Below, piece by piece: positions 20,711 through 30,613 of a DNA stretch of 64,000 bases. The DNA comes from an uncultured Syntrophomonas sp. GTDB lineage: Bacteria > Bacillota > Syntrophomonadia > Syntrophomonadales > Syntrophomonadaceae. Location of the stretch: the NCBI GenBank assembly GCA_964579945.1, contig CAZOIC010000001.1:9630-73629 (forward strand). Reading direction: 5' to 3'. The position numbers and the translations under genes were made by a program. The notes under the pieces were generated by a model. It searched no databases, was not told where the DNA came from, and saw only the letters and a list, made by a program, of their open reading frames with translations. Positions within the stretch are counted from its first letter, which is position 1. Every line of letters starts with the position of its first letter.

Positions 20711-21703
20711 TTGGAAAAGAAGGGACCATTTACAATTAAGGAACTCAGAACCCTTTCCCCGGGTACTCAATTCTGGGGTAAATATTTGATACTGGATAAA
20801 AACCAGCGCAAAATCAAAGATGGTCGCGATATTATTAATCTTAAATTGGGGGATACTACCGGAGAGGTAGATGCAGTAGTATGGGACAATTGCAAGGTTA
20901 CCGGTGAACTGGAGAATGGAGCGGTAATTGGCCTGCTGGCTGATGTAGGTTCTTACAACAACCGCTTGCAGGCAACGGCCAAGCGTATTAAGATTCTGGA
21001 AGAGGACCCGCTGGATTACGCAAAAAAGCCTGATGTAGATATAGATACATTAATAGGGCAATTTGAGGATATTATAAACAGGGTAACCGACCCTTGTTTG
21101 CAGGAATTACTGACCCGTATCTTTACTCCCGAGATGCGAACTATCTTCTTTCGCGCTCCGGCCGCTAAAAAAATTCATCATAATTACAGCGGCGGACTGC
21201 TGGAACATACCGTGAACGTAGCCCAACTCTGTATTCAGGTGGCTGGTAATTATCCGGGGCTTAACCGTGATTTGCTTATAAGCGGAGCCCTCTTACATGA
21301 TATTGGTAAGCTACAGGAGTATGAACTCAAGGTGGTACCGGAATATACGGTTGAAGGTAGACTACTGGGTCATATCGTAATGGGTAGCGAACTAATCACG
21401 GCTCGGATAGTCCAACTGCGGGCGGAAAAAATAGAGTTCCCACCTGAATTGGAATGGATGTTAAAACATATGATTCTAAGTCACCACGGCAGCCTGGAAT
21501 TTGGCTCACCGATAATTCCATTATTCCCGGAAGCCTTTATGCTTTATATGATGGATAACCTGGATGCCAAGATGTTTGTTTACAAACAAAAGATTGATGA
21601 AAACGATAGACCAGATGAACTCTTTACTAATTATGATACTTTTTTTGGGCAGCATTTTTTCACCTATCGTTATCAGGAAAATAACAATGGGAAGGAAGAA
21701 TAG
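20711..21703 (+). CDS. yhaM: 3'-5' exoribonuclease YhaM-like (OB-fold plus HD domain)
   Basis: The N-terminal OB fold (GDTTGEVDAVVWD) is followed by HHNYSGGLLEHT and LLHDIGK HD motifs. Confidence 0.8.
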   Translation: MEKKGPFTIKELRTLSPGTQFWGKYLILDKNQRKIKDGRDIINLKLGDTTGEVDAVVWDNCKVTGELENGAVIGLLADVGSYNNRLQATAKRIKILEEDPLDYAKKPDVDIDTLIGQFEDIINRVTDPCLQELLTRIFTPEMRTIFFRAPAAKKIHHNYSGGLLEHTVNVAQLCIQVAGNYPGLNRDLLISGALLHDIGKLQEYELKVVPEYTVEGRLLGHIVMGSELITARIVQLRAEKIEFPPELEWMLKHMILSHHGSLEFGSPIIPLFPEAFMLYMMDNLDAKMFVYKQKIDENDRPDELFTNYDTFFGQHFFTYRYQENNNGKEE

Positions 21704-21705
21704 GT

Positions 21706-21927
21706 ATGCCAATTATAAACGTGCAAATGATTGCTGGCCGCAGCCAGGAAAAGAAACAGGAACTGGTAGCAGTTTTGACTTCAGAAACAGCTCGAATTCT
21801 GGATGTGGAACCGGATTGGGTGACAGTGGTAATTAACGAATACACAAGGGATAACTGGGCCAGCGGCGGTGAACTTCATTCTATCAAATTGGGCAAAGGT
21901 TTTGGTCGCCAGGGAACGGGAAAATAA
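21706..21927 (+). CDS. 4-oxalocrotonate tautomerase family protein
   Basis: MPIINVQM... with catalytic Pro1 after Met. 73 aa. The gene starts 3 nt after the yhaM stop. Confidence 0.8.
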   Translation: MPIINVQMIAGRSQEKKQELVAVLTSETARILDVEPDWVTVVINEYTRDNWASGGELHSIKLGKGFGRQGTGK

Positions 21928-21942
21928 TAAGAGGAACTATTC

Positions 21943-22656
21943 ATGAAACGATCTTATAAGCAATTGTTTTTAGCTTTATTTATCCTGGTCTTGCTGGTGG
22001 TTATCTGGCAAGAATACTATGGCAACCGCCTCGATCCAACCATGATAACCGACAAATTAGACCTGGGGCCTGCCTGCCAGGTACCCTTGCAGATAAGTTC
22101 AGAGGATCATAATGGCAATAATATTCCTGATGCTCTGGATTTGGTTGGGGGCGCTCGCCAGGAGGTGGAAATCGGAACAGTTTATGATGCATCATATTAT
22201 TCCGGTGGTTATCCACCCGAGGGTAAGGGTTGCTGTACCGATGTTATTTGGCGGGCCTTTGAGGCTACCGGGTATAATTTTAAGAACATGGTAGATGAAG
22301 ATATAAGTAATCATCCTAAATTATATGGTAATACCGGTAAAAAGCCGGATCCGGATATTGATTTTCGCCGGGTAAAAAATCTACAGATATTTTTTAAGCG
22401 CCATGGGCAAGAGCTTACTACCGAAGTAAAACCAGGAGAGGTGGAAAACCTTAAACAATGGCAACCGGGAGATATCGTGGTTTTTGGTGATCCCCTGGAG
22501 CATATCGGCATCATTTCTGATAAGCGTCTTAAGAGCGGAGTACCACTGGTAATACATAATGGAGGTCCCCGGGCTAGTGAGGCCAACGCTCTGCAGCTCT
22601 GGCCCAGTAAGATTATCTATCACTTCCGCTTTTTTATAGAAAAGCCTGCGATATAA
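21943..22656 (+). CDS. DUF1287-like protein with an N-terminal membrane anchor
   Basis: TM helix, then YDASYYSGGYPPEGKGCCTDVIWRAF and GDIVVFG...HIGIISD, as I recall them for DUF1287. Confidence 0.6.
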   Translation: MKRSYKQLFLALFILVLLVVIWQEYYGNRLDPTMITDKLDLGPACQVPLQISSEDHNGNNIPDALDLVGGARQEVEIGTVYDASYYSGGYPPEGKGCCTDVIWRAFEATGYNFKNMVDEDISNHPKLYGNTGKKPDPDIDFRRVKNLQIFFKRHGQELTTEVKPGEVENLKQWQPGDIVVFGDPLEHIGIISDKRLKSGVPLVIHNGGPRASEANALQLWPSKIIYHFRFFIEKPAI

Positions 22657-22718
22657 CCTTTGTACAGGTTAGGGGAAGGGATTAAAGGTAGGGGAAGCCA
22701 TAACCTGAATGAATTTTC

Positions 22719-22747
22719 TTGTGTTTTATAAGCTTTATTGATATAAT
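22719..22747 (+). promoter_or_regulatory. Candidate sigma-A promoter for rpmE (TTGTGT-17-TATAAT with TGn extended -10)
   Basis: Read directly from the sequence; it lies about 75 nt upstream of the rpmE start. Confidence 0.45.
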
Positions 22748-22823
22748 TTTCTTTGCAGTTTTTAATGGGATTCCCTATATCTATAAATACGCAGTAACCT
22801 TTGAAGTGAGGTGAAAACAGAAA

Positions 22824-23027
22824 GTGAAAGAAAAAATACATCCCCAGTATCGTATGACCACAGCCAGATGTGCCTGTGGTAACGAGTTTGAAGTTGGGTC
22901 TACCAAGGAGAATATAAAAGTAGAAATCTGCTCCAAGTGTCACCCCTTCTACACCGGTAACAAAGGCAGAGTAGTTGATACCACCGGGAGAGTCGACCGG
23001 TTCAAGAAAAAATATGGCTTACAGTAA
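22824..23027 (+). CDS. rpmE: 50S ribosomal protein L31 (Cys-containing, zinc-ribbon type)
   Basis: KEKIHPQY...CACGNEF...[10 protein letters not shown]. Confidence 0.95.
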   Translation: MKEKIHPQYRMTTARCACGNEFEVGSTKENIKVEICSKCHPFYTGNKGRVVDTTGRVDRFKKKYGLQ

Positions 23028-23031
23028 AGTG

Positions 23032-23062
23032 ATAGCAGGGCATAGACTCTGCTATTTTTTTT
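23032..23062 (+). terminator. Rho-independent terminator after rpmE
   Basis: ATAGCAG...CTGCTAT stem followed by T8. Confidence 0.75.
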
Positions 23063-23167
23063 AACTAGACGGGGGAGTGGGCGCCGGAGGACGTACCCTA
23101 AAGAGCACACGGCAACCACGAATGAAAATGTCTTGACATGCTCTTCCTGTACAGGAGCACGTAATCT

Positions 23168-23193
23168 GTAGGGGCGAACCCATGTGTTCGCCC
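23168..23193 (+). repeat. REP-like element: GTAG followed by the hairpin GGGCGAAC-CCATGT-GTTCGCCC
   Basis: Read directly. It is the inverted partner of the element at 23250-23275. Confidence 0.7.
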
Positions 23194-23249
23194 GGAATAG
23201 GCAGTTTTATATGCAATGGGATTCACCCTCCGGGGGTCAGCGGTCGGCC

Positions 23250-23275
23250 GGGCAGACACACGGGTCTGCCCCTAC
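23250..23275 (-). repeat. REP-like element, inverted copy (reverse complement is GTAGGGGCAGACCCGTGTGTCTGCCC)
   Basis: Same GTAG plus 8-bp-stem hairpin architecture. The stem sequence differs from copy 1 by compensatory changes. Confidence 0.7.
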
Positions 23276-23298
23276 AAACACATTTAAGGTGGTATTTA

Positions 23299-24216
23299 AT
23301 GAATAAGAAGGTTCAATACGGCGGTATGGCTGTAATAGAAGGAGTAATGATGCGGGGACCGGAGAAGATAGCCCTGGCTGTCCGTAAAACCGATGGTAGC
23401 ATTGAACTGGAAGAAGAACCTGTATCCAACCTGCCGATACGCTACCCTTTTTTAAAATGGCCGTTTCTGCGCGGGACTTATGTTTTAATTGATTCCATGG
23501 TAGTAGGTATGCGGATGCTTAATAAATCAGCTAATATGTCACTGGATGAAGAGGAGGAGGAACTCTCCGCTGGGGAAATATTTATTACTGGTCTACTAGC
23601 CTTCGTTCTGGCCATACTGCTTTTCGTAGTATTGCCTACTGCTATCGTACATTACACCAGCCAGTATCTGGGTGGTATTTTAACCCAAAATATAGTGGAA
23701 GGCATTATACGGATAATCTTTTTTTTAGCTTATGTTTGGGCTATTGGCCGTATGCAGGAAATAGACCGGGTTTTTATGTACCATGGGGCTGAACACAAAT
23801 CTATATTGACCTATGAAGCAGGCGAAGAACTTACTGTGGAGAATACCAGCAAATATACCACCCTCCATCCCCGTTGTGGCACCAGTTTTATCCTTATCGT
23901 TTTAATTATTTCAATTCTGGTGTTTGCCCTGCTTGGTGGAGGAGATTTATTTTACCGCATATGGTCGAGAATTGCAGTTCTTCCAATTATAGCAGGTGTA
24001 GGTTATGAATTTTTAAAATTTAGTGGAAAATATTATAATAATCGCTGGGCTCGGATTTTAATAGCACCCGGCCTTTACCTGCAGAAACTTACTACCCGGG
24101 AACCTGATGATAGCCAATTAGAAGTTGCTATCGCTGCCTTGAAGGCAGTAATCCCTGGGGAAAAGAATGAGGATGGCGTTATAGAGAATTTAGCAGGAGT
24201 TAATTGCGAAATTTGA
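23299..24216 (+). CDS. DUF1385-family membrane protein (usual neighbour of prfA/prmC)
   Basis: MNKKVQYGGMAVIEGVMMRG..., YHGAEHK and HPRCGTSF. An AAGGTGG RBS precedes the ATG at 23299. The track ORF start at 23182 reads through the REP elements. Confidence 0.85.
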   Translation: MNKKVQYGGMAVIEGVMMRGPEKIALAVRKTDGSIELEEEPVSNLPIRYPFLKWPFLRGTYVLIDSMVVGMRMLNKSANMSLDEEEEELSAGEIFITGLLAFVLAILLFVVLPTAIVHYTSQYLGGILTQNIVEGIIRIIFFLAYVWAIGRMQEIDRVFMYHGAEHKSILTYEAGEELTVENTSKYTTLHPRCGTSFILIVLIISILVFALLGGGDLFYRIWSRIAVLPIIAGVGYEFLKFSGKYYNNRWARILIAPGLYLQKLTTREPDDSQLEVAIAALKAVIPGEKNEDGVIENLAGVNCEI

Positions 24217-24252
24217 ATTTTAGAAGATAAAAAAAGATAAGGAAGGTTTCGA

Positions 24253-25320
24253 ATGCTGCACAAACTCGATAGTATAGAAGAAAAATATGATGAATTAACG
24301 GAACAAATGAGCAGACCGGAAGTAATATCTGACCAGAGCAAATTCCAAAAATATGCCAAGGCTCATTCGGACCTCAGTAATATAGTTTCTCGGTACCGGG
24401 AGTACAAATCATTAGTCCAGCAGATTAATGATGCCCAGGAAATGCTTACAGAAGAACCGGATGAAGATTTTAAAGCGATGCTGCTGGAGGAATTGGAAAC
24501 TCTTAAAGAAAAGCAGATAATAGCAGAGCATGATTTACAAGTATTACTGCTACCCCGCGATCCTAACGATGAGAAGAGTGTTATTATGGAAATCCGCGCC
24601 GGAACCGGTGGGGAAGAGGCGGCTCTTTTTGCCGGTGACTTGTTCCGTATGTACACCCGTTATGCTGAATTACAGGGTTGGAAGACAGATATAATGGATT
24701 CTCATTATACTGATATCGGTGGTATCAAGGAAATTATCTTTGTGGTTGATGGTCATGGAGTCTATAGTCGCCTTAAATACGAATCAGGTGTACATCGGGT
24801 ACAACGAGTTCCCAGTACTGAATCAGGTGGGCGCATCCACACCTCCGCAGCTACGGTAGCCGTACTGCCGGAAGCGGAAGAAGTAGAAGTGGAAATAGAT
24901 CCTAATGAAATTCGGGTTGACGTATATTGTTCCAGCGGACCGGGAGGACAGTCAGTCAATACCACCCAGTCAGCTGTACGTCTTACCCATGTTCCTACCG
25001 GCCTGGTAGTAACCTGCCAGGACGAAAAATCTCAGCATAAGAATAAGGCCAAAGCCTTGCGGGTTTTAAGAGCCCGGCTCAAAGAAATTATGGAAGCTGA
25101 AGTGAACGCCGAAATGGCTGGTGCTCGCAAAAGCCAGGTGGGTAGCGGTGACCGCAGTGAACGTATTCGTACTTATAATTTCCCCCAGGGTAGAGTCAGC
25201 GATCATAGAATTAACCTTACCCTGCATAAATTGGATTTTGTGCTGCAAGGGCAACTAAATGAAATTATTGACGCTCTTATCGCCAATGACCAGGCCGAGC
25301 GTTTAAAACAGGTGGATTAG
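24253..25320 (+). CDS. prfA: Peptide chain release factor 1
   Basis: PST-type recognition region ([10 protein letters not shown]) and GGQ motif ([11 protein letters not shown]). Confidence 0.97.
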   Translation: MLHKLDSIEEKYDELTEQMSRPEVISDQSKFQKYAKAHSDLSNIVSRYREYKSLVQQINDAQEMLTEEPDEDFKAMLLEELETLKEKQIIAEHDLQVLLLPRDPNDEKSVIMEIRAGTGGEEAALFAGDLFRMYTRYAELQGWKTDIMDSHYTDIGGIKEIIFVVDGHGVYSRLKYESGVHRVQRVPSTESGGRIHTSAATVAVLPEAEEVEVEIDPNEIRVDVYCSSGPGGQSVNTTQSAVRLTHVPTGLVVTCQDEKSQHKNKAKALRVLRARLKEIMEAEVNAEMAGARKSQVGSGDRSERIRTYNFPQGRVSDHRINLTLHKLDFVLQGQLNEIIDALIANDQAERLKQVD

Positions 25321-25321
25321 G

Positions 25322-26176
25322 TTGCAGAGTTGGACGGTAAAAGAATTACTGGAGTGGACCAGCAATTATTTTAGAGAAAAAAATATTGAGGAAGCCCGTT
25401 TAGAGGCGGAAATCCTGTTGGCCCGGGTGCTGGGGAAAGACCGGGTCTATTTATATACCAATTATGATGCTCCGGTTAATCAGGATGAAAGAACTATCTT
25501 CAGGGAATTTATAAAAAGAAGGGTCAGGGAGGAGCCTTTATCTTATATTACCGGGATCAAAGAGTTTATGTCGCTGGAGTTCAAAGTTAGCCCGGCAGTT
25601 TTAATTCCCCGTCCGGAAAGTGAAATAATAGTGGAACAGGCTATCGATTTGTTTAAAGACCAGCCCTGCTTAATCTGTGATATAGGTACCGGTTCAGGTG
25701 CGCTAGCCATTAGTCTGGCTCATTACCTGCCTTTAGCCCGGGTTTTTGCTACTGATATATCGCGTCAGGCACTGGAAACAGCTCAGGATAATGCTGCTTC
25801 GCTGCAGGTGGAAGTTGAATTTGGGGAGGGGGATTTGCTCTCTCCTTTTTTAGATAAAGTAAATTACTTTGACTTGATAGTAGCCAACCTTCCCTATATT
25901 CCGTTGGAGGAATATAATACTTTGGACTCCGGGGTAAAAAGTTATGAACCCCGAATAGCCTTACTTGCTCCCGGAGATGGGTTGGATATTTACCGGCGTC
26001 TTTTACCCCAGGCTCTTACCTTGCTAAAAGAAGGGGCTTATCTTTTTATAGAGATAGGATGGCAGCAGGGGGAAAAGGCTTTGCAGATGATGAATGATTT
26101 TAAAGAAGTACAATTAATCAAAGACCTGGCCGGATATAACCGGGTAGTTATGGCCAGAAAGGGGTCGGTCAGGTGA
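25322..26176 (+). CDS. prmC: Release factor glutamine N5-methyltransferase
   Basis: DIGTGSG SAM-binding motif and NLPYI (NPPY-type) motif. Confidence 0.92.
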   Translation: MQSWTVKELLEWTSNYFREKNIEEARLEAEILLARVLGKDRVYLYTNYDAPVNQDERTIFREFIKRRVREEPLSYITGIKEFMSLEFKVSPAVLIPRPESEIIVEQAIDLFKDQPCLICDIGTGSGALAISLAHYLPLARVFATDISRQALETAQDNAASLQVEVEFGEGDLLSPFLDKVNYFDLIVANLPYIPLEEYNTLDSGVKSYEPRIALLAPGDGLDIYRRLLPQALTLLKEGAYLFIEIGWQQGEKALQMMNDFKEVQLIKDLAGYNRVVMARKGSVR

Positions 26177-27144
26177 TAACCGCATACTGGAAAGTGGATC
26201 CGATTAATCCGCAATTAGATATTATAACCCGGGCTGCAGCTTTAATACGGGATTTACAACTGGTAGCATTCCCCACCGAAACCGTTTATGGATTAGGTGC
26301 CCTGGCCAGCTCCAGTGAGGCTGTAGAGAAGATTTTTGTGGCCAAAGGCAGGCCCTCAGAAAATCCCCTGCTGATACATATAAGTAAAATAGAACAGGTA
26401 ATGGATCTGGTGGGGGAGATACCGGACACGGCCAGGGTATTGATGGACAAGTTCTGGCCCGGGCCCTTGTCGATTATATTACCGTCCCGGAAAGAGGTTC
26501 CAGCCATTGTTCGGGGAGGAAAAAGCAGTGTTGGCCTGCGTATGCCATCTCACCCGGTAGCTCGGGCTCTTATTGACCAGACTGGACCTATAGCTGCTCC
26601 CAGTGCTAACCTTTCCGGGCGCCCCAGTCCTTTGACGGCTGAGCATGTTAAAGCTGACCTGGACGGTAAAATAGCAGCCGTCCTGGATGCCGGCAGTACT
26701 GGAATCGGATTGGAATCAACTTTAATTGATTTAAGCCGGGACCAATATCAGGTATTGCGTCTGGGAGGACTTCCCCTGGAGGAATTGCAGCAAGTATTAG
26801 GGGAGGTACCAATTAATCAGAATGAAAGTGATGAACTGCCCCATTACCAGACTGGTTCCCGGGTTATTATTTGCCAAAGTGAAACAGATTTTATTAACCA
26901 GCAGGAATACTGGCTCAGGCAGGGAAAAAAACTGGGAATTGTTTCAAGTAAACCAGGATACCTGCATATAATTAATCAATTAGTTCCGGTATACTATTTA
27001 GACCGGGGTCAGGATAGCAGTAATCTCTATACTATATTGCGTGATGCTGAACAGGACGCTATACAGATACTACTGTTCTCCCCCTTGCCCCCAAATTTAA
27101 CCGGCATTAACCGGGCTTTACTGGAGCGCATTAACAAATTATGA
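26173..27144 (+). CDS. tsaC: L-threonylcarbamoyladenylate synthase (Sua5/YwlC/TsaC, long form)
   Basis: FPTETVYGLGA, KGRPSENPLLIH and SANLSGRPSP, plus a Sua5 C-terminal domain. Confidence 0.9.
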   Translation: MITAYWKVDPINPQLDIITRAAALIRDLQLVAFPTETVYGLGALASSSEAVEKIFVAKGRPSENPLLIHISKIEQVMDLVGEIPDTARVLMDKFWPGPLSIILPSRKEVPAIVRGGKSSVGLRMPSHPVARALIDQTGPIAAPSANLSGRPSPLTAEHVKADLDGKIAAVLDAGSTGIGLESTLIDLSRDQYQVLRLGGLPLEELQQVLGEVPINQNESDELPHYQTGSRVIICQSETDFINQQEYWLRQGKKLGIVSSKPGYLHIINQLVPVYYLDRGQDSSNLYTILRDAEQDAIQILLFSPLPPNLTGINRALLERINKL

Positions 27145-27200
27145 ATTAAAAATGGAACAATCCATACAGGGGTGAGCTAACCTGATAGGGGATTAAAATA

Positions 27201-27785
27201 ATGGAACAGCTTTTAACTATAATATTAGTAGCAGTGGTGCTGGGCATGGATGCCTTTTCACTTTCCCTGGGTTTGGGTCTGCAGGGCAGATCCCGAGGGT
27301 ATGGAATAAAATTCTCGGCTATGGTAGGGATTTTCCATATTATAATGCCGCTGGTGGGTCTTAACCTGGGTCTGGTCGCAGGTAAATTTTTGGGTATATG
27401 GGCTTCCCGCCTGGGAGCTGCTATATTGGCCTATATAGCTGTTGATTTTATAATTAAAGGTTACCGCCAAGCCCGACCTCATAGTTATACTTTCAAAGAA
27501 GGTAAAGCGATAATTGTCCAACAAAACGATTCTTATCGGGAAAATTGGGGAAACATGTTATTGCTGGGAATATCCGTGAGCATTGATGCCTTGACAGTAG
27601 GATTTAGTTTAGGTACCTTTAAAATGCCCGTTTTTATAACTGTTATTATCATGGGTATGGTAGCCGCTGTTATGACCCTGCTGGGATTCATTGGCGGGCG
27701 AATGTTCAGCCGCCTGGTTGGAAGCTATGCCCAAATGGCCGGGGGGATAGTGCTGGCAGCACTGGCGGTAAAATTACTGCTTTAA
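27201..27785 (+). CDS. mntP: Manganese efflux pump MntP
   Basis: 194-aa polytopic protein with duplicated DAF/DAL motifs (GMDAFSLSLG; SIDALTVGFSLG). Confidence 0.85.
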   Translation: MEQLLTIILVAVVLGMDAFSLSLGLGLQGRSRGYGIKFSAMVGIFHIIMPLVGLNLGLVAGKFLGIWASRLGAAILAYIAVDFIIKGYRQARPHSYTFKEGKAIIVQQNDSYRENWGNMLLLGISVSIDALTVGFSLGTFKMPVFITVIIMGMVAAVMTLLGFIGGRMFSRLVGSYAQMAGGIVLAALAVKLLL

Positions 27786-27801
27786 AGGGGGGCTAAGGGC
27801 T

Positions 27802-28752
27802 GTGAAGAGGATACTGTTGGTTTGCACCGGTAATACTTGCCGTAGTCCCATGGCACAGGCTATTTTAACCAGACTCCTGCAAAGCCGGGCAACAGGAGTA
27901 GAAGAATACGAGATATTAAGTGCCGGATTAAGTACTATTGATGAATTATCTGCCAGTCCTGAGGCAGTGACCATTATGGCTGATGCGGGTATAGACATAA
28001 CCCACCATAAATCCCGCCAACTTGACGCAAATTTAATCCTAAATGCTGATTATATTCTTACTATGACTGGTGTCCAGCGTGACTACCTGCAGGACAAGTT
28101 TTCTGACCAAGTTCCGGTAATCCACACTATTAATGAATTTGCTGGCCAAGGCGATAAAGATATAATAGACCCTTTGGGTAAGGGCCTGGAAGCTTACCAG
28201 GAGTGTGCCGCCCAGCTAAAACAATTACTACCGCAGGTAATTAACAAACTGCAGGAACTAGAAAAAGTCGGTCGGGAAAAACATGAACTGGTTATTGGTG
28301 GTGATCATGCCGGTTTGGAGCTTAAGAGCATACTAATAGAAGCGCTAAAAGCCGATAATTACAAGATTATAGACTGTGGCACCTTTTCTACTGAATCGGT
28401 GGATTACCCGGATTTTGCCCAGAAAGTAGCAACAGTAGTTCTGAAACATAAAATCAAGGGCATTATAATATGCGGAACTGGTATAGGTATTTCCATTGCT
28501 GCTAATAAAATTTCGGGGATACGGGCAGCCCTCTGCTATAACCTGGAGACAGCCAGACTGGCCCGAGAACACAATGATGCCAATATTATTGCATTAGGAG
28601 CCCGTATGTTGGATACCCAACTGGCTATAGATATAGTTAAGACTTTTCTGGTTACTGAATTTGCTGCCGGCAGGCACCAACGCCGGGTAGACAAGATAAT
28701 ACAAATGGAGAAAAAATGTTTGGAAGGAGATAAACCGGGTGGATTATATTGA
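27802..28752 (+). CDS. Fusion protein: LMW protein arginine/tyrosine phosphatase (YwlE-like) joined to ribose-5-phosphate isomerase B
   Basis: The N-terminal half has [12 protein letters not shown] (CX5R P-loop) and a DP loop (IIDPLG). From about aa 163 the sequence has [12 protein letters not shown] and [14 protein letters not shown] (RpiB/LacAB). It is a single uninterrupted 316-codon frame. Confidence 0.85.
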   Translation: MKRILLVCTGNTCRSPMAQAILTRLLQSRATGVEEYEILSAGLSTIDELSASPEAVTIMADAGIDITHHKSRQLDANLILNADYILTMTGVQRDYLQDKFSDQVPVIHTINEFAGQGDKDIIDPLGKGLEAYQECAAQLKQLLPQVINKLQELEKVGREKHELVIGGDHAGLELKSILIEALKADNYKIIDCGTFSTESVDYPDFAQKVATVVLKHKIKGIIICGTGIGISIAANKISGIRAALCYNLETARLAREHNDANIIALGARMLDTQLAIDIVKTFLVTEFAAGRHQRRVDKIIQMEKKCLEGDKPGGLY

Positions 28753-29980
28753 AAAATATGTAAAGCCTGTAGACCCAGATGTTGCGGCGGCTATAGGGCA
28801 AGAAGAGCTGCGCCAGAATTACAAACTGGAGCTTATTGCCTCGGAGAACTTTGTTTCCCGGGCAGTAATGGCAGCCCAGGGTTGTGTAATGACCAATAAG
28901 TATGCCGAAGGTTATCCGGGTAAAAGGTATTACGGTGGCTGTGAAAACGTAGATGTAGTGGAGGAGTTGGCCCGGGAAAGGGCTAAGCAACTTTTTAAAT
29001 GCGAGCATGTTAATGTCCAGCCCCATTCGGGAGCTCAGGCTAACACCGCGGTATACTTTGCTGCAGTAAAGCCAGGAGATACTATACTGGGAATGAACCT
29101 CAGCCACGGTGGGCATCTAACTCATGGGAGCAAGGTTAATATATCAGGTAAATATTTCAACTTTGCCGAATATGGGGTAAGTCCTGATACTGAAACCATT
29201 GATTATAATGAAGTTAGAGAAATAGCCCGGCAGGTAAAACCAAAGCTTATTGTGGCCGGAGCCAGTGCCTATTCCCGGATTATTGATTTTGAGAAATTTA
29301 AGGAAATTGCTGATGAAGTAGGGGCATTACTATTTGTGGATATGGCTCATATAGCAGGACTGGTAGCAGCAGGACTTCATCCCAGTCCGGTACCCTATGC
29401 TGACTTTGTTACTACTACTACTCATAAGACCTTGCGCGGCCCCCGAGGTGGTATAATTATGTGTAAAAATGAGTGGGCTCGCAAGATTGACAGTGCTGTA
29501 TTTCCCGGCATCCAGGGCGGGCCATTAATGCATGTCATTGCTGCTAAAGCAGTTTGCTTTAAGGAAGCTTTAAACACTGATTTTGTTGACTACCAGCGTG
29601 GTATTGTAGAAAATGCTCAAGCACTTGCTTCCAGCCTGGTTGAAAACGGATTACGTTTGGTTTCTGGAGGAACTGATAACCACCTCATGCTGGTAGACGT
29701 AAGGCCGAAAAAACTTAATGGTAGTGAGGCTGAGGCTATACTGGAATCCATCAATATTACCGTCAACAAAAACGGTATTCCCTTTGATCCGGAAAAACCA
29801 ACTATAACCAGTGGTATAAGGATAGGTACACCGGCGTTAACCAGTCGGGGAATGAAACCTGAAGATATGCAAGAAATAGGCAATATCATAGCCATGGCGT
29901 TAAATGATCCCTCAGAGGAAGGACTAGCCGAAGCCAGGAACAGGGTAGCAAAACTTTGTGATAAATATCCCTTGTATTAG
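28739..29980 (+). CDS. glyA: Serine hydroxymethyltransferase
   Basis: [20 protein letters not shown] and [14 protein letters not shown]. Confidence 0.97.
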   Translation: MDYIEKYVKPVDPDVAAAIGQEELRQNYKLELIASENFVSRAVMAAQGCVMTNKYAEGYPGKRYYGGCENVDVVEELARERAKQLFKCEHVNVQPHSGAQANTAVYFAAVKPGDTILGMNLSHGGHLTHGSKVNISGKYFNFAEYGVSPDTETIDYNEVREIARQVKPKLIVAGASAYSRIIDFEKFKEIADEVGALLFVDMAHIAGLVAAGLHPSPVPYADFVTTTTHKTLRGPRGGIIMCKNEWARKIDSAVFPGIQGGPLMHVIAAKAVCFKEALNTDFVDYQRGIVENAQALASSLVENGLRLVSGGTDNHLMLVDVRPKKLNGSEAEAILESINITVNKNGIPFDPEKPTITSGIRIGTPALTSRGMKPEDMQEIGNIIAMALNDPSEEGLAEARNRVAKLCDKYPLY

Positions 29981-30044
29981 TACGAACTCAGCAGCAATTA
30001 ATGGCAAGGAGAATCTAATATAAAGGGTTTTTGGGGAGATACAA

Positions 30045-30359
30045 ATGGAGACTAAAACATTATCATTACCCAGGCTCAACCAGTTAAATCCAACCTTGGA
30101 GTCGACTGCGCTTAAACTTATGGAGGAGACCGGGGAACTGGCCCAGGCTATTGGTAAATATCGAGGGTTGAGCGGAGAAAAAATTAGTATGGATGAGGGT
30201 ACAGTAGTTAAAGAAATAGCGCGAGAATTACTTGATGTTGCTCAAACTGCTGTGACCATGATGTTTGTCATGGAAGAGCAATTCGGAATCGACATAGATA
30301 GTGTTCTTTGGGAGCATCACCAAAAGCTGGAACGTAAAGGCTATTTGATTCGAGAATAA
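30045..30359 (+). CDS. MazG-like nucleotide pyrophosphohydrolase domain protein
   Basis: 104 aa with LMEETGELAQAI and ELLDVAQTAVTMMF helices typical of small all-alpha MazG/YpjD proteins. Confidence 0.6.
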   Translation: METKTLSLPRLNQLNPTLESTALKLMEETGELAQAIGKYRGLSGEKISMDEGTVVKEIARELLDVAQTAVTMMFVMEEQFGIDIDSVLWEHHQKLERKGYLIRE

Positions 30360-30613
30360 AGTATAATTCGACACAACATACTATAAAAAGGCACGATTCT
30401 CTAGAGGAGTTTATCTAGTAGTGCTCGAAATAAAACTACTTATTGAGTATGTTAGTGTTTTCACCAGTAATAAATGACGTAAAACTAGCAATCTAGTTAA
30501 AGTGAAAATAGAGTCAAATTTTAATTGAAATTAAAAAAGGATTTTGCCCGTTTATGACGAATAACGAAGAGGGGGGTTAAGCCTCGCTCCTTTAAGTGGC
30601 AAGGTGTACAATT

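Noticed and set aside
23182-23298. Upstream extension of the DUF1385 ORF (track start 23182, MCSPGIGSF...GRPGRHTGLPLQTHL)
   Set aside because: The extension is a read-through of the GC-rich REP-like hairpins. The conserved family N-terminus (MNKKVQYGGMAVIEGVMMRG) starts at the ATG at 23299, which has its own AAGGTGG RBS.
27145-27200. yybP-ykoY manganese riboswitch upstream of mntP
   Set aside because: The spacer is only 56 nt, and I could not find the conserved riboswitch core there or in the 3' end of tsaC.
30367-30373. Isolated Spo0A-box-like heptamer (TTCGACA) upstream of the atp operon, and possible sigma-E-like -10 elements before spoIID and spoIIID
   Set aside because: These are single short matches with unsatisfactory -35/-10 spacing, which cannot be distinguished from chance without expression data.
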